A stretch of DNA of 63,985 nt, filler included, from Reticulomyxa filosa (Eukaryota > Protista > Foraminifera), in the NCBI GenBank assembly GCA_000512085.1. It is 13 parts of 13 records of this genome, joined end to end, with 100 filler letters (N's around TTAATTAATTAA, not from the genome) between each part and the next. Parts side by side here need not be neighbours in the genome. Positions count along the whole stretch, not along the records: positions 12,269 to 14,064 come from ASPP01001960.1; positions 14,165 to 16,950 come from ASPP01020304.1; positions 17,051 to 26,324 come from ASPP01007441.1; 10 more parts are not named here. The stretch is one strand, 5' to 3'. The notes below the pieces were generated by a model that was given only the letters and a program-made list of their open reading frames with translations, searched no databases and was not told the DNA's origin. Shown piece after piece: positions 12,342-21,772 of the stretch. The position numbers were made by a program, and so were the translations under genes. Each line of letters starts with the position of its first letter. Positions within the stretch are counted from its first letter, which is position 1.

Positions 12342-13999
12342 AATTCCTGATGATTATGATCCCACCATAAGTGGGTACAAGTGCTGTGGCTCGCCTGAAG
12401 AAGCCCCTGTAACATTGATCTGCGATGGGTGTGAGTACCACTTCCACGGCAGTTGCATGAACATCAAAAAAACCGGAAGAAGTTCCTGAGATATGGTTTT
12501 GCTCCAGTTGTGCCAATCACTGGCCCAAAGCCAAAGTACTATATAACCGGTTGGCGGCGATCTTGAATACGATGAACGGGTCGGAGGACGACAGTGATCT
12601 GGAACTGCCCACTTCGGCAAAGCGCGAGGAAGCACGCAAGAACAAGGCCATCGAGCTGAACGCAAAGTTGGATAATCGTCTGCGTCGATTGTGGGACTTT
12701 ACCAACCGCGAAAAGCACGCACTGCAGCGATGCTTCCAGCAATTTGGCCAGTTGCCCGCAGCAGAGTTGCTTCAGAAGACAGGCGATGCAGTGTCCACGA
12801 AAATTCCGGAACAATTGGACGCATACTTTTATTCGCTCATGTCTCAAGTGGAATACTTGGTTCGCGTGGAGCGACTCAAAGATTTGATCCGAGACAACAA
12901 AATCGCATTGCCTGAAGTGTTGTGGAAAAAGTTTGACAACTTTGAAGAGCCAAAGAAACTAAAGCCTTCTTCTTCTTCTTCTTCTTCTTCTAAAAAGTCA
13001 GGTAACGAAGAGTCCCCTTCGCCCAACTTTACACCGTTGCACGAAAGTGTCGTGAAGTTGGCGCTGCAAATGCTCGGAGAAATTTTGAGTGACGAAAAGA
13101 ATCAAAAGTATTTCAAACAAAGACATCGACATGGCAATACCTCAGACACTACTGCTGCAGCGGCTGCATCTTCGTCCTCATCGTCCTCGCATGTAATGAA
13201 AGTCGAAAGTGACAGCACATCAAAACTCATATCCAAATCCGACATTGAACAAACGGCATTGGACTTGACCGACCTCATGGATAAGTTGCGAAATAATGAG
13301 TATGGAGATGTGAACACGTTTTTGGAAGATATTGAATTGGTGTTGGCCGAGAAACAAACACATCATCCCAACGATGACAACGTCCAAGCTGCCATTGAAA
13401 ATGTTCGATCCGTCACTGAAATGTACGCGCCCAAACTCGTCTTTGCTCAGCAACAGACCAACACCAGAAACACCATGGATCACACTCCTGACCCTCCCTC
13501 TTCTCAAATCAATCCAAACTTGGAAATGACCGTGCTGACGCGAGGAAAATCAGAAAGCCCATCTGCCACCAGCGCGCGTAATCGCAAGTACAAGTTTATC
13601 AAGTCCGACTTGGAATTCCTCAATGATAATGACTATGCCATTGGCTTTGGCCTGAAACGGCCCACTCCTCTGTTCGCCCACCACTTGACTGCGCAGTTGG
13701 CCACCAAAATTTGGAGACGCGTCCAAATGTGGAGCGTGCTGCGACCGCTGGATCGCATGACCACCGAGGAAAGAGACCAAGAGCTTGGCGATATTTACAA
13801 CAAAATCAAAGCCGCCGAAAACGAAAGCAACTGTCCTTCCAAACTACCCAATTGGTGGTATCCACCAAAGCACGACAAACTCATCGTTGATATGACGCTA
13901 AAGTATGGCTTAGGGGATGTCTCTTCCATCATGAATGATTCCGATTTCCAAGCTATTGTTGACCCTGATAAAGACTCGGTATTTTTACACAAGCATTAA
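12342..13999 (+). CDS. Chromatin-protein fragment: PHD finger + bromodomain-like helices + CHD-family C-terminal SANT/SLIDE-like motif (internal part of a CHD-like remodeller)
   Basis: CCG...LICDGCEYHFHGSCM...WFCSSC forms a PHD finger if one A is removed from the A7 run at ~12466-12472. LDLTDLMDKLRNNEYGDVNTFLEDIELV is bromo-like. LPNWWYPPKHDKLIVDMTLKYGLG matches the CHD W...D..L...KYG motif. Confidence 0.7.
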
Positions 14000-14175
14000 A
14001 TAAATACATATACATATACGTATACGTATATGTATTTATTTATTTATTCATTCATTCATTCATTNNNNNNNNNNNNNNNNNNNNNNNNNNNNNNNNNNNN
14101 NNNNNNNNTTAATTAATTAANNNNNNNNNNNNNNNNNNNNNNNNNNNNNNNNNNNNNNNNNNNNTTCTAAGTCTT

Positions 14176-14193
14176 GGCTTTGTTGCATGATAC
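14176..14193 (+). mobile_element. Orphan IS terminal inverted repeat (IS903-group/IS6-like)
   Basis: GGCTTTGTTGCATGATAC shares GGCTTTGTTG with the IS903 end and resembles IS26-type GGCACTGTTGCA. No partner repeat on the contig. Confidence 0.4.
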
Positions 14194-14247
14194 TTTACAA
14201 TAACAGACTTCTTTCCAAACTCAACAAGAAATATTAAGGTAATAATG

Positions 14248-14889
14248 GGTTCTATCGCAAAATTAAAATGGACGAGGGACGGCCGTTGTTTTTAGGCATG
14301 ACTATCCTACTAAAGCATAAAACTGCTCCATTGGAGATATTTTCCTTTTAAAAGATTTTGCCCTTTGCGTATCATATGGTATAGCTCAATGCTGGCAAGA
14401 GTGGCTCGGGCACTGATGAAATTTTTAAATCCTAGCATAGGCTTGACAATTCGCTTTAACCATCGATGATCCTGCTCAATCCCGTTGTTTAGATATTTAA
14501 CCTGACGTATTTCGATCCTCTGATCTTCAGGCAAAGCCTCGTTAATCTTGAGTAAACCTGCTAAATTTGCTCCGCTCTTATCTATATTTACTTTCTCGGG
14601 CTTGCCGTTATTCTCAATTGCCTTCTCAAAAAACGCTTTGGCTGCCATTGCATCTCGAATTGGAGATAAGAAAAAATCAATGGTTTGGTTTTCTTTATCA
14701 ACTGCACGGTAGTAATATACCCATTGACCTTTGATTTTAATATATGTCTCATCCATCCTCCAACTTTTCCCCACTGGTTTCTTCGTTTGTCTAAATTTAG
14801 CTTTAAGCTTTGGTGAATACTTTATTACCCAGCGGTTTACCGTCGCATGATCTATTTGGACTCCACGCTCTTCCATTAGTTCTTCCACA
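14248..14889 (-). mobile_element. IS6-family insertion sequence, 5'-truncated
   Basis: Right IR GGTTCTATCGCAAAATT at 14248 lies downstream of an IS6 transposase. The left end is replaced by the MITE at 14890. Confidence 0.9.
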
Positions 14890-14918
14890 GGCTCTGTCGC
14901 AAAATTGAATTTTGTCAT
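14302..14918 (-). CDS. IS6-family DDE transposase, N-terminally truncated, probable -1 frameshift near the C-terminus
   Basis: EERGVQIDHATVNRWV, WRMDETYIKIKGQWVYYYRAVD, IDKSGAN, KYLNNGIEQDHR. The first residues MTKFNFATEP come from the MITE. Adding one A near 14340 restores a typical end, KISPMEQFYALVG* (stop at 14302). Confidence 0.92.
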
Positions 14919-14998
14919 AATTTAGCTTTCTGTAAGGCCCATAAATCCATTGGAAAATTTTGATAAATTTGATTATATTTGAACTTTGCGACAGAACC
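14890..14998. mobile_element. 109-bp non-autonomous IS6-derived miniature element (MITE)
   Basis: GGCTCTGTCGCAAAATT (14890-14906) and AACTTTGCGACAGAACC (14982-14998) are 15/17 inverted repeats of IS6 type enclosing 75 nt. No 8-bp target duplication is seen. Confidence 0.82.
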
Positions 14999-15022
14999 TA
15001 GAAAAATCCTATCTATCTTTAG

Positions 15023-15259
15023 GTAAAGACTCTCTCTATCTCAACCATATTTGCACTTGCTTCAAAAGCTCATGAGTTATTTAAAAGTTCGGAACTAGAG
15101 GAAAAAAGGCGAATTATAGTAATTTTGTTTCCGAACTTACTTATGAGTGGTGGAAACCTAGTAATTACGCCAAGAAAACCGTTTGATATGTTCTTAAATT
15201 TGCCTGAACGTCTAAAGTGGCTCCTCGGGCCGGATTCGAACCAGCGACCAAGCGGTTAA
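15023..15259 (+). pseudogene. C-terminal remnant of a probable large serine recombinase/integrase ending inside the tRNA (antisense)
   Basis: Met-less open frame absent from the ORF track: SISTIFALASKAHELFKSSELEEKRRIIVILFPNLLMSGGNLVITPRKPFDMFLNLPERLKWLLGPDSNQRPSG*. The EEKRxxxxxLxxNL...KPFD...W tail is how I recall large serine recombinases of tRNA-integrated elements ending. Confidence 0.7.
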
Positions 15260-15292
15260 CAGCCGCTTGCTCTACCACTGAGCTACCGAGGA
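15218..15292 (-). tRNA. trnN: tRNA-Asn (GTT), bacterial type
   Basis: TCCTCGGTAGCTCAGTGGTAGAGCAAGCGGCTGTTAACCGCTTGGTCGCTGGTTCGAATCCGGCCCGAGGAGCCA: 75 nt, complete cloverleaf, anticodon GTT, encoded 3' CCA. Confidence 0.98.
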
Positions 15293-15303
15293 ACTTGAAC
15301 CCC

Positions 15304-15309
15304 ATTCTA
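15304..15309 (-). promoter_or_regulatory. Candidate sigma70 -10 box for tRNA-Asn
   Basis: TAGAAT ends 11 nt upstream of the tRNA in AT-rich DNA. No convincing -35 box. Confidence 0.35.
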
Positions 15310-15445
15310 TATAACATAATTATTTTAAAAAGCTAGAGAGAATTTAAATATTTTATGGAGATTATTAAATCAGCAGGACGGCGTCCTTAAACAAGCATAT
15401 AATTAATATTATCCATATTTAACAATGCTTTAGATTATTAATGGA

Positions 15446-16786
15446 TTAATCTATTCCACCAATGAAACTGTTGTTATGCGCCACTTCTATTCTTCTAGAA
15501 ATCGATGGAAGGTTAATGCTTAATACAATCAGTAATTTGTCATCCTGATGTCTGCTGTAAAAGAATTGCAGACCTGTGGTACTTGAAAATTGCTGTGCAA
15601 TACTTGAGCCGTCCTGGTCAGGGTTTAAAACACATATTGCATTGATTCGATCACGAAGTGGTGGCACCCATAGTATGATTTAAATGGCAAGTTTGTAAAT
15701 AATCTTAATAAATCTAAGCTAGGAGGGGGTGGGATAGCAGGTTCTTCTCGGCTATAATAATCATATTCAGTTATTTCTTTTTCAGTTTTTTCCCACATAC
15801 TGCTATAATCAATATTTGTAGGGCTTGCTAATTTCACTATTGTGCGAGCTTTAGTAATTAAGTTTTCCCATTTGTTTAAGAACTTAAGGTTAATTGCTTC
15901 AGCGCTGAATGTTCTAGAAATAGAAGTTTTTAATCCTCTTAAAAACAAAGCGATTTGAGCGTTATTTAAGCTATCAAATCCTTTTTTATTCATAAAAATA
16001 TCTTCCACCGTATCAAAAGCTGTTGTGAAATGTAAGCATAAAGGTCTAGTTATTGAAGCAAAAAATGAGTGGCTAGTGATTTTTTGATCACCGAATCTAC
16101 CACAAAATGCACTGCCAAAACTATTAGTTCTAATAGGTTCAACAACTTGTAAATATTCAGTATTTTTTCTCTCAAATAAAGTCTTTAAAGCATTTTCAAG
16201 TTCGCCTTCGAAATACTCTATTTCAATATTACCAGGTAATATATCTATATATTTTTGAATAGATGATTTCCTATTTTCATGGATTAATATAATTGAATTA
16301 TCTGGCAAGCTAAGAGGACCAAATATTATAATGTCTTCAATAAATCCTCCTAGTATCCTTTCTTGTATTGAAGTAAAAGGGATAACTATTGCAATAGGAT
16401 CCTTAACAATTTTAAAATTTGCATGTCTAGGTATTACTAGATGATTTAGCGTGAAATGTAATGTTGGTCTTTTTGATACTAAAAATTGACGATACTATAT
16501 CAATCGCTACTTTTTCATTATGAGTTGGAGGGTTTTCTGAATTAATTGTAAGTCTAGACCTTGGATAAATTATTCCATTCTGTGGAAAATAGCTAGTCAT
16601 ATGGCATAAATATAATCCATTTTTATCGGTTTTTTCTGGGAGGTCTTTTAAAAGATTTTCTTGCCTTAAATTTTTTTCATGTTGATCACTGAATTCTGTG
16701 AGAAAACTGGTAGTTCTTTTTTCTATAAATTTCATTGCATCTTTGAATGTTTGTTCAGTCATCTTTCCTAAGTCGCTCTTCATAAC
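15446..16786 (-). CDS. Bacterial hypothetical protein (~445 aa), split into three ORFs by two frameshifts and cut at its 5' end by an IS4 element
   Basis: ORFs 16427-16840, 15625-16308 and 15446-15667 join into one frame: ...LCHMTSYFPQNGIIYPRSR...KRPTLHFTLNHLVIPRH...PIAIVIPF...GGFIEDIIIFGPLSLPDNS...LWVPPLRDRIN... The shifts fall at A/T runs (~16475 and ~15682). Confidence 0.65.
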
Positions 16787-16950
16787 CATACGCGTCAAGT
16801 TAAGGAGAAGAAAGGAATTAGAATGGCCTATATCAGGCAAATAATATAAGTTCTCTTAGGTAACTAACTAATAAGAGAACTTATAAATGAGAAACATAGA
16901 TTTCATATCAAAGACTATCAAGGAATTTTTCAATCAACTGGCGGATAATA
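16787..16950 (+). mobile_element. Left end of an IS4-family (IS231-like) element with the transposase start
   Basis: CATACGCGTCAAGTTAAG resembles the IS231 end CATGCCCATCAACTTAAG. ATG at 16887 begins MRNIDFISKTIKEFFNQLADN, which runs off the contig and is similar to IS4 transposase N-termini I recall from Rickettsiales. Confidence 0.75.
16845..16885 (+). promoter_or_regulatory. Perfect 14-bp hairpin covering the transposase translation-initiation region
   Basis: TATAAGTTCTCTTA (16845-16858), 13-nt loop, TAAGAGAACTTATA (16872-16885). It ends 1 nt before the ATG. Confidence 0.7.
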
Positions 16951-17050
16951 NNNNNNNNNNNNNNNNNNNNNNNNNNNNNNNNNNNNNNNNNNNNTTAATT
17001 AATTAANNNNNNNNNNNNNNNNNNNNNNNNNNNNNNNNNNNNNNNNNNNN

Positions 17051-17172
17051 ATCATAATCATAATCATGATCATGATCATAATCATAATCAGGATCAGGAT
17101 CAGGATCATCACAATCGTGATCAAGATCGTGATCATGATTATGATTGTGATCATGATCGTGATCGTGATCAT
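17051..17172. repeat. Imperfect hexamer microsatellite encoding (DH/DP/DY)n
   Basis: ATCATG/ATCAGG/ATCATA units at the contig end. Confidence 0.85.
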
Positions 17173-18202
17173 AAATTTGAACCATTTGAATTGTGCGAAA
17201 AACGTGTACCAATTGTTTATACGTAAAAAAAAAAGGGCAAAGCAAAGCAGTTCCAACTGCAATCCAGCCCATGGTAGCATTGGTGAACTTGGACACGAGA
17301 AGAATGTATTCCATTTCTAAAAAGTCATACGTGCCATGGAAAAAGACAGGTTTCCATCCCATTTTAAACCAGGAGAAGGAGTCGTAAAAGCCCAAAATTT
17401 CGCGTTTGGACAGCTCGAGACCCCAAAGGACGCCCAGCAAGGAATGGAATGGGATGGTGACAAAGAGACGAAAGAGCAGTAAAGACAGTTGAGAAACGAA
17501 TGACGCTTCGCCAGCGTAAATGCAGACGTATAAAATCGCCTCGGCACTCCCAAACCCACTTCCGACCGCCAGTCCTAACAATATGAAATTAATGAAATGG
17601 TTCGACATACGCAAGTGCACCGTAAATGGTAAATACAACTTGCAACAATGTTGTAAGATAAACCCTTTTGTCATTTCTTCCACTAAACTCCCAATACAAT
17701 AACTATTGAACAACAAAAATAAATGTACGGAAACACTATTTTGATATTTGCGGTAATCGTTAATTCGCAAACTTTGCACTTTTGACTCGTTCTTATCCCC
17801 CCCCCCTAATGGCCCGAAAAATATCAAAATTTCTATCAATCCCAACACACTTTCCCACATCAATGCAAACATGCTACCCCCGAAAAAACTATGGCTAAAC
17901 GCTTCGAATACGTCATCTTCCATGCTTGGACCACTATGCCATCCCGTCAACCGCGTCAGCTGCTTCTTTGTTATTTTATACAATATCGCGAATGACGCAA
18001 ATGTCAGCGGAAAAAATATTATATTCCAATAACGGTTGCCACGAACTCCGACGAAAACCGCTACTGCAATATACAACGCCAAATAACACAATAACCATTT
18101 CCTATTTTGTGTTTTGTGCGTTGGACCATAAGGGGAGGTTGTAAAAGGTAAGGAGCGCCTATGTCGTGCACGAACAACACCATTTGGAAAACAGTAGTCC
18201 AT
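17051..18202 (-). CDS. prsW: PrsW-family glutamic intramembrane protease with an Asp/His-rich tail, 3'-partial
   Basis: All four PrsW motifs: SLVEEMTK (EExxK), GFGSAEAILY (FxxxE), RLFVTIPFH, FFHGTYDF (HxxxD). Many transmembrane segments. Confidence 0.85.
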
Positions 18203-18478
18203 GCTCAAACCCCCCTTGAACACAACAAAAAAAAATATCTGTTTCTGTCACGTATTTTGTTAAGTTTAATACTTTTGATACACAAGCTATTGCATATATT
18301 TTTATTCAAAAGTACCGAGTGAGTTTGGTATAAAAAAAAAATTTTCTTATCAAAAGCTTTCACATATTAGCTAGGAATACGTATAATCGAAAATTATATC
18401 ATTAAAAAGAAATAAATGAAGTAACCACGTTTGCATAAGGAATGTGGTCAAAGCTTTTTGTAGTTAAAAGCAAAACAA

Positions 18479-19230
18479 ATGAATAAGCCCTTTTTTAAAC
18501 AAAAATCTTCTGCAAATCGTACAATCATGCAAGGCAGATTCGGGTCAAGTTTTTCATATAGAATGTCTTCCTTAGTTCGTGGATTTACGAACGTGAGCAG
18601 TTCGAAGAAAGGCTTTCAAACACTTAGTTCAACTACGTTCTTACAACACACTACCCCAATAGTTACAAAAATGAAGTGTATGATGCAAGAGCAATCTCTA
18701 ACCGGTTCAATGAATACCACGATATGGTAGGGTTCAAATTATTTAAGAAAAAGATAAACATAAAAAAAAACACAACATGAAATTTATTAAAAGTAATTGT
18801 CTTGTTTGAAGTTTATTGCCTACCATGGAATCTGGATTACATTTATCAGGTGCTGAAACCTCCTTACTGTCATCCGAGGGTATGTACCATTTACGTATTT
18901 TTCTTCCTTTTTCTCTTTATGTTTTGCTGTGTCGGTTTTGAAATTTCTAGAAATTTCTATGCATTTTTTTTGGGGGGGGGGGGGGTACATTCACGATAAC
19001 ATTTCAAGAAGAAGAAAGTGAGGATGGTATGTTTTTTCCTTGTTTATAAATTTGTTTTTTTGTTCATGGAAATCACTCATAATAACAATATAAAAACTTC
19101 CTTTGAATTCTTATATGAGAGCAAAAAGGACATTTGTGTGTCTATACTATCCTTTTTATATGAACATGTGTATGTGTATATTGTTAAATTACTAAGAAGT
19201 AATGACATCTATTAGCACACGTATTTTGAA
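18479..19230 (+). CDS. Small multi-exon protein with a transit-peptide-like N-terminus and acidic tail
   Basis: The Ser/Arg/Lys-rich, acid-poor first exon can be spliced by GT-AG to LLPTMESGLHLSGAETSLLSSE and EEESED. The 3' end is uncertain. Confidence 0.35.
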
Positions 19231-19702
19231 GTTGTCATTATATTCGTATTGCACATATTGGAACCAAGAATTTTGACTAAAATCAACTAAGGCAAATATT
19301 AAAAGTGCTTTTGAGGAGCAGATAAATTATAATATTTCTGCACTTAATTAACTGCCAAATAAAAGACTCTGTATATTTGAAGTTGGTTGATTTTCTTTTC
19401 AAAATTTTTTACTACGCGTTTCACAATTTCCTGTTGTCTTTTAAAGTTTGTTGACAGGCATTTCGGGTTGTCAATTGAGACTACTATCTATCTAACTTAA
19501 AAAATGTTTAATCAAACTGATCTTTTAATATCTCATATTTAGCATGAGTTCATATTCCTGAAATCAACTGAAAGTGAAATGTCCGTAATGAATTAAAAAA
19601 AAAAAAAAAAAAAATTGACGTGGTCGTACATTGTTTAAAATGGAATAAATAAGGAAATAATAAATAAAAATGTGGATACTTTGGCAAAGAAAAGAAAATG
19701 AA

Positions 19703-21184
19703 TTAATTGGAAATAAGTTGAGATTGTAACCATTTATGAAAAGCAGAGAATAAAACGTAATCACCATCAAGAAATTTGAAAGTAAGTAAGATATGTTGTT
19801 GTTGATCAGAAAAGACAATCCAAGAAATGTTACAAGAGAAAAGATTAAAATCTTGATGAAACAAGATTTGTTTATTAACAAGATCAGAAGAGGATATACG
19901 AATACCATATTGTTGAATAGCGGGGAGTAGGATGTAATTGATCCATTGTTGTTCATTGATGGAAGAAGAAAGGGGGATCGAGAGTTGATGAGTAAAAGAG
20001 ACGTTATTTTTATTACCATTATCGTCATTATTATTAAGAAGTTGCAAATAAGAGTCATAACATTTGCGATAAAAAGTCCATGCCAATCCCCAACGTGTTT
20101 GTTTTCCTTGGGAGAAAGTGGTTTGAATGATAAAAGGTTTTAACTGAAGAGGATGATTGTGATACAATTGTAACAAAAAATGTTGAATGGGTTGAATCGA
20201 TGATTTTTTACCAAGCATAGTTGTAAACCATAAAATATTCTTTTCCAATTTCAAAGTGTGGCATTCCTTACACATAAGTTGAATAAAACCGATTTCACCA
20301 CCACTTGAAAATACTAATTCATGATTTGTGCCAGAACTTATTCGATGAGGATTTAATCCTGTTTCATTGATATCATCGAAAAAAGGAGGATTACAAATAG
20401 TAAAATGAACAATGATATCATTTTTATTGGCATTAGTATTGTAATCATTAAATAATGAATTAAATATATGAGATGAGTTGGTTTGTTGTAATATTTTAAT
20501 TTTATTTTGTAATTGATTTTGATTGATAATTGTATTAACACATTCGATAGATTGTAGATCTACTTCTGTCCCTATACATTTATAATTATACTGCTTTGGG
20601 TTATTCGATTGTACTAATAATAATGACAAAATACCAGATGCACCACACCCAATATCTAATCCATAGATATTCGTTGTGTTGTTTTGCTTTGTCGTTTCTG
20701 ACCCAAAGAATTTAATTACTGATGGATGAATTGATAAGTTATTTAACATATAATCTGGTATGCAATCCATTAAATCTTGTACAAATAATACGTAATTCAA
20801 ACGTTGTGGAACTGGTGGTATTAAATTATCCAACGGCATATCAAAATATTTTATTTTAAAATCCTCTTCTAAAAGTACTTTTGTTAATTGTAAATTTGAC
20901 ATTGCGTCATTGTAATCTATTTGCCCTTTTTCTGTTACATATTTACTAAAGTTTTCATATTTTTTTGCTAATTCCAAATAATTTGGGGGATTATTGCGAT
21001 ATGGGTTTCGGATATGCATTTCTTGATTTTTTTTTTCTTTCTCTTTTTCTTCTTTTTCTTCGTTTTCTTTCTCTTTTTTTTTTGACTCTTCCGGAGACTG
21101 TTGTATTTTTACTCGTTTCGAACACGGCAAAGTACCACTTTCTTCACCACCATCAGCTTCCATAGTGATACGATTTCTTTTCAT
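19703..21184 (-). CDS. METTL16: METTL16/RlmF-family RNA N6-adenosine methyltransferase
   Basis: MHIRNPY, LIPPVPQRLNY, GLDIGCGASGI (SAM-binding), catalytic NPPFF, GGEIGFI, WFTTMLGKKSS, QGKQTRWGLAWTF. Single 493-aa ORF. Confidence 0.95.
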   Translation of the reverse strand: MKRNRITMEADGGEESGTLPCSKRVKIQQSPEESKKKEKENEEKEEKEKEKKNQEMHIRNPYRNNPPNYLELAKKYENFSKYVTEKGQIDYNDAMSNLQLTKVLLEEDFKIKYFDMPLDNLIPPVPQRLNYVLFVQDLMDCIPDYMLNNLSIHPSVIKFFGSETTKQNNTTNIYGLDIGCGASGILSLLLVQSNNPKQYNYKCIGTEVDLQSIECVNTIINQNQLQNKIKILQQTNSSHIFNSLFNDYNTNANKNDIIVHFTICNPPFFDDINETGLNPHRISSGTNHELVFSSGGEIGFIQLMCKECHTLKLEKNILWFTTMLGKKSSIQPIQHFLLQLYHNHPLQLKPFIIQTTFSQGKQTRWGLAWTFYRKCYDSYLQLLNNNDDNGNKNNVSFTHQLSIPLSSSINEQQWINYILLPAIQQYGIRISSSDLVNKQILFHQDFNLFSCNISWIVFSDQQQHILLTFKFLDGDYVLFSAFHKWLQSQLISN

Positions 21185-21772
21185 TGTGTCAATAAGTAAA
21201 TGATTATTTCAAAAGAAATGCAAATAAAGGATTATATTCTTGCAATTGTCAGACCCTTTTTTACTGTTTGTTTTTAAAAAGTAGCACACCAAAACAATGT
21301 TTCCATTAAATTGCTAAAGAATTTATTAGAAAAAGATTATTTACTAAAAAATACAAAACTCTTAATCAGTTGATAAAAATGCAGTGCTCATTGTAATGTT
21401 TGCAAATTTGAGGAAAATCATTGCTTGTATTAGCACTTCAATCCTTCATAAATAAATCTATATTTATGTGTTTCTTGAACCGAAAAGATATAACATGTGC
21501 TGATATCCAATGGAACGAAAAAAGAGTAAGACATCAGTTAAATTTTTGAATTTAAATAAATGTGATAAAAAAAAAACCTTGCACATCCCAATTTAACATT
21601 TTCCTCTTTCACGCAGAAAGGCAAAATTTCTTGTCTTTTGCCTTCAGCTTATGTAACCATACCCACATAGCATTAAATAACAACAAAGGAGAAAACATAA
21701 CATCATTCATTCAGTAACATTTTTCACATTTTACAAAAAACGTACGTCAGCAAAAAGTCACCGTAAAAAAAG

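Larger units (their letters stand above)
14165..16950. other. Bacterial contig (probable intracellular symbiont or co-sequenced bacterium)
   Basis: IS6 and IS4 transposase sequences, a tRNA with encoded CCA, and none of the introns or long poly-A/T tracts seen in the other contigs. Bounded by spacers on both sides. Confidence 0.93.

Noticed and set aside
15085-15138. 10-bp inverted repeat AAGTTCGGAA/TTCCGAACTT as the tRNA terminator
   Set aside because: It has a 34-nt loop and no U-tract, and lies inside the recombinase-like frame. It could be chance or a binding site; no call is supportable.
14000-17100. Bacterial segment as a horizontal insertion between eukaryotic genes
   Set aside because: It has spacers on both sides, so no physical linkage to host DNA is shown.
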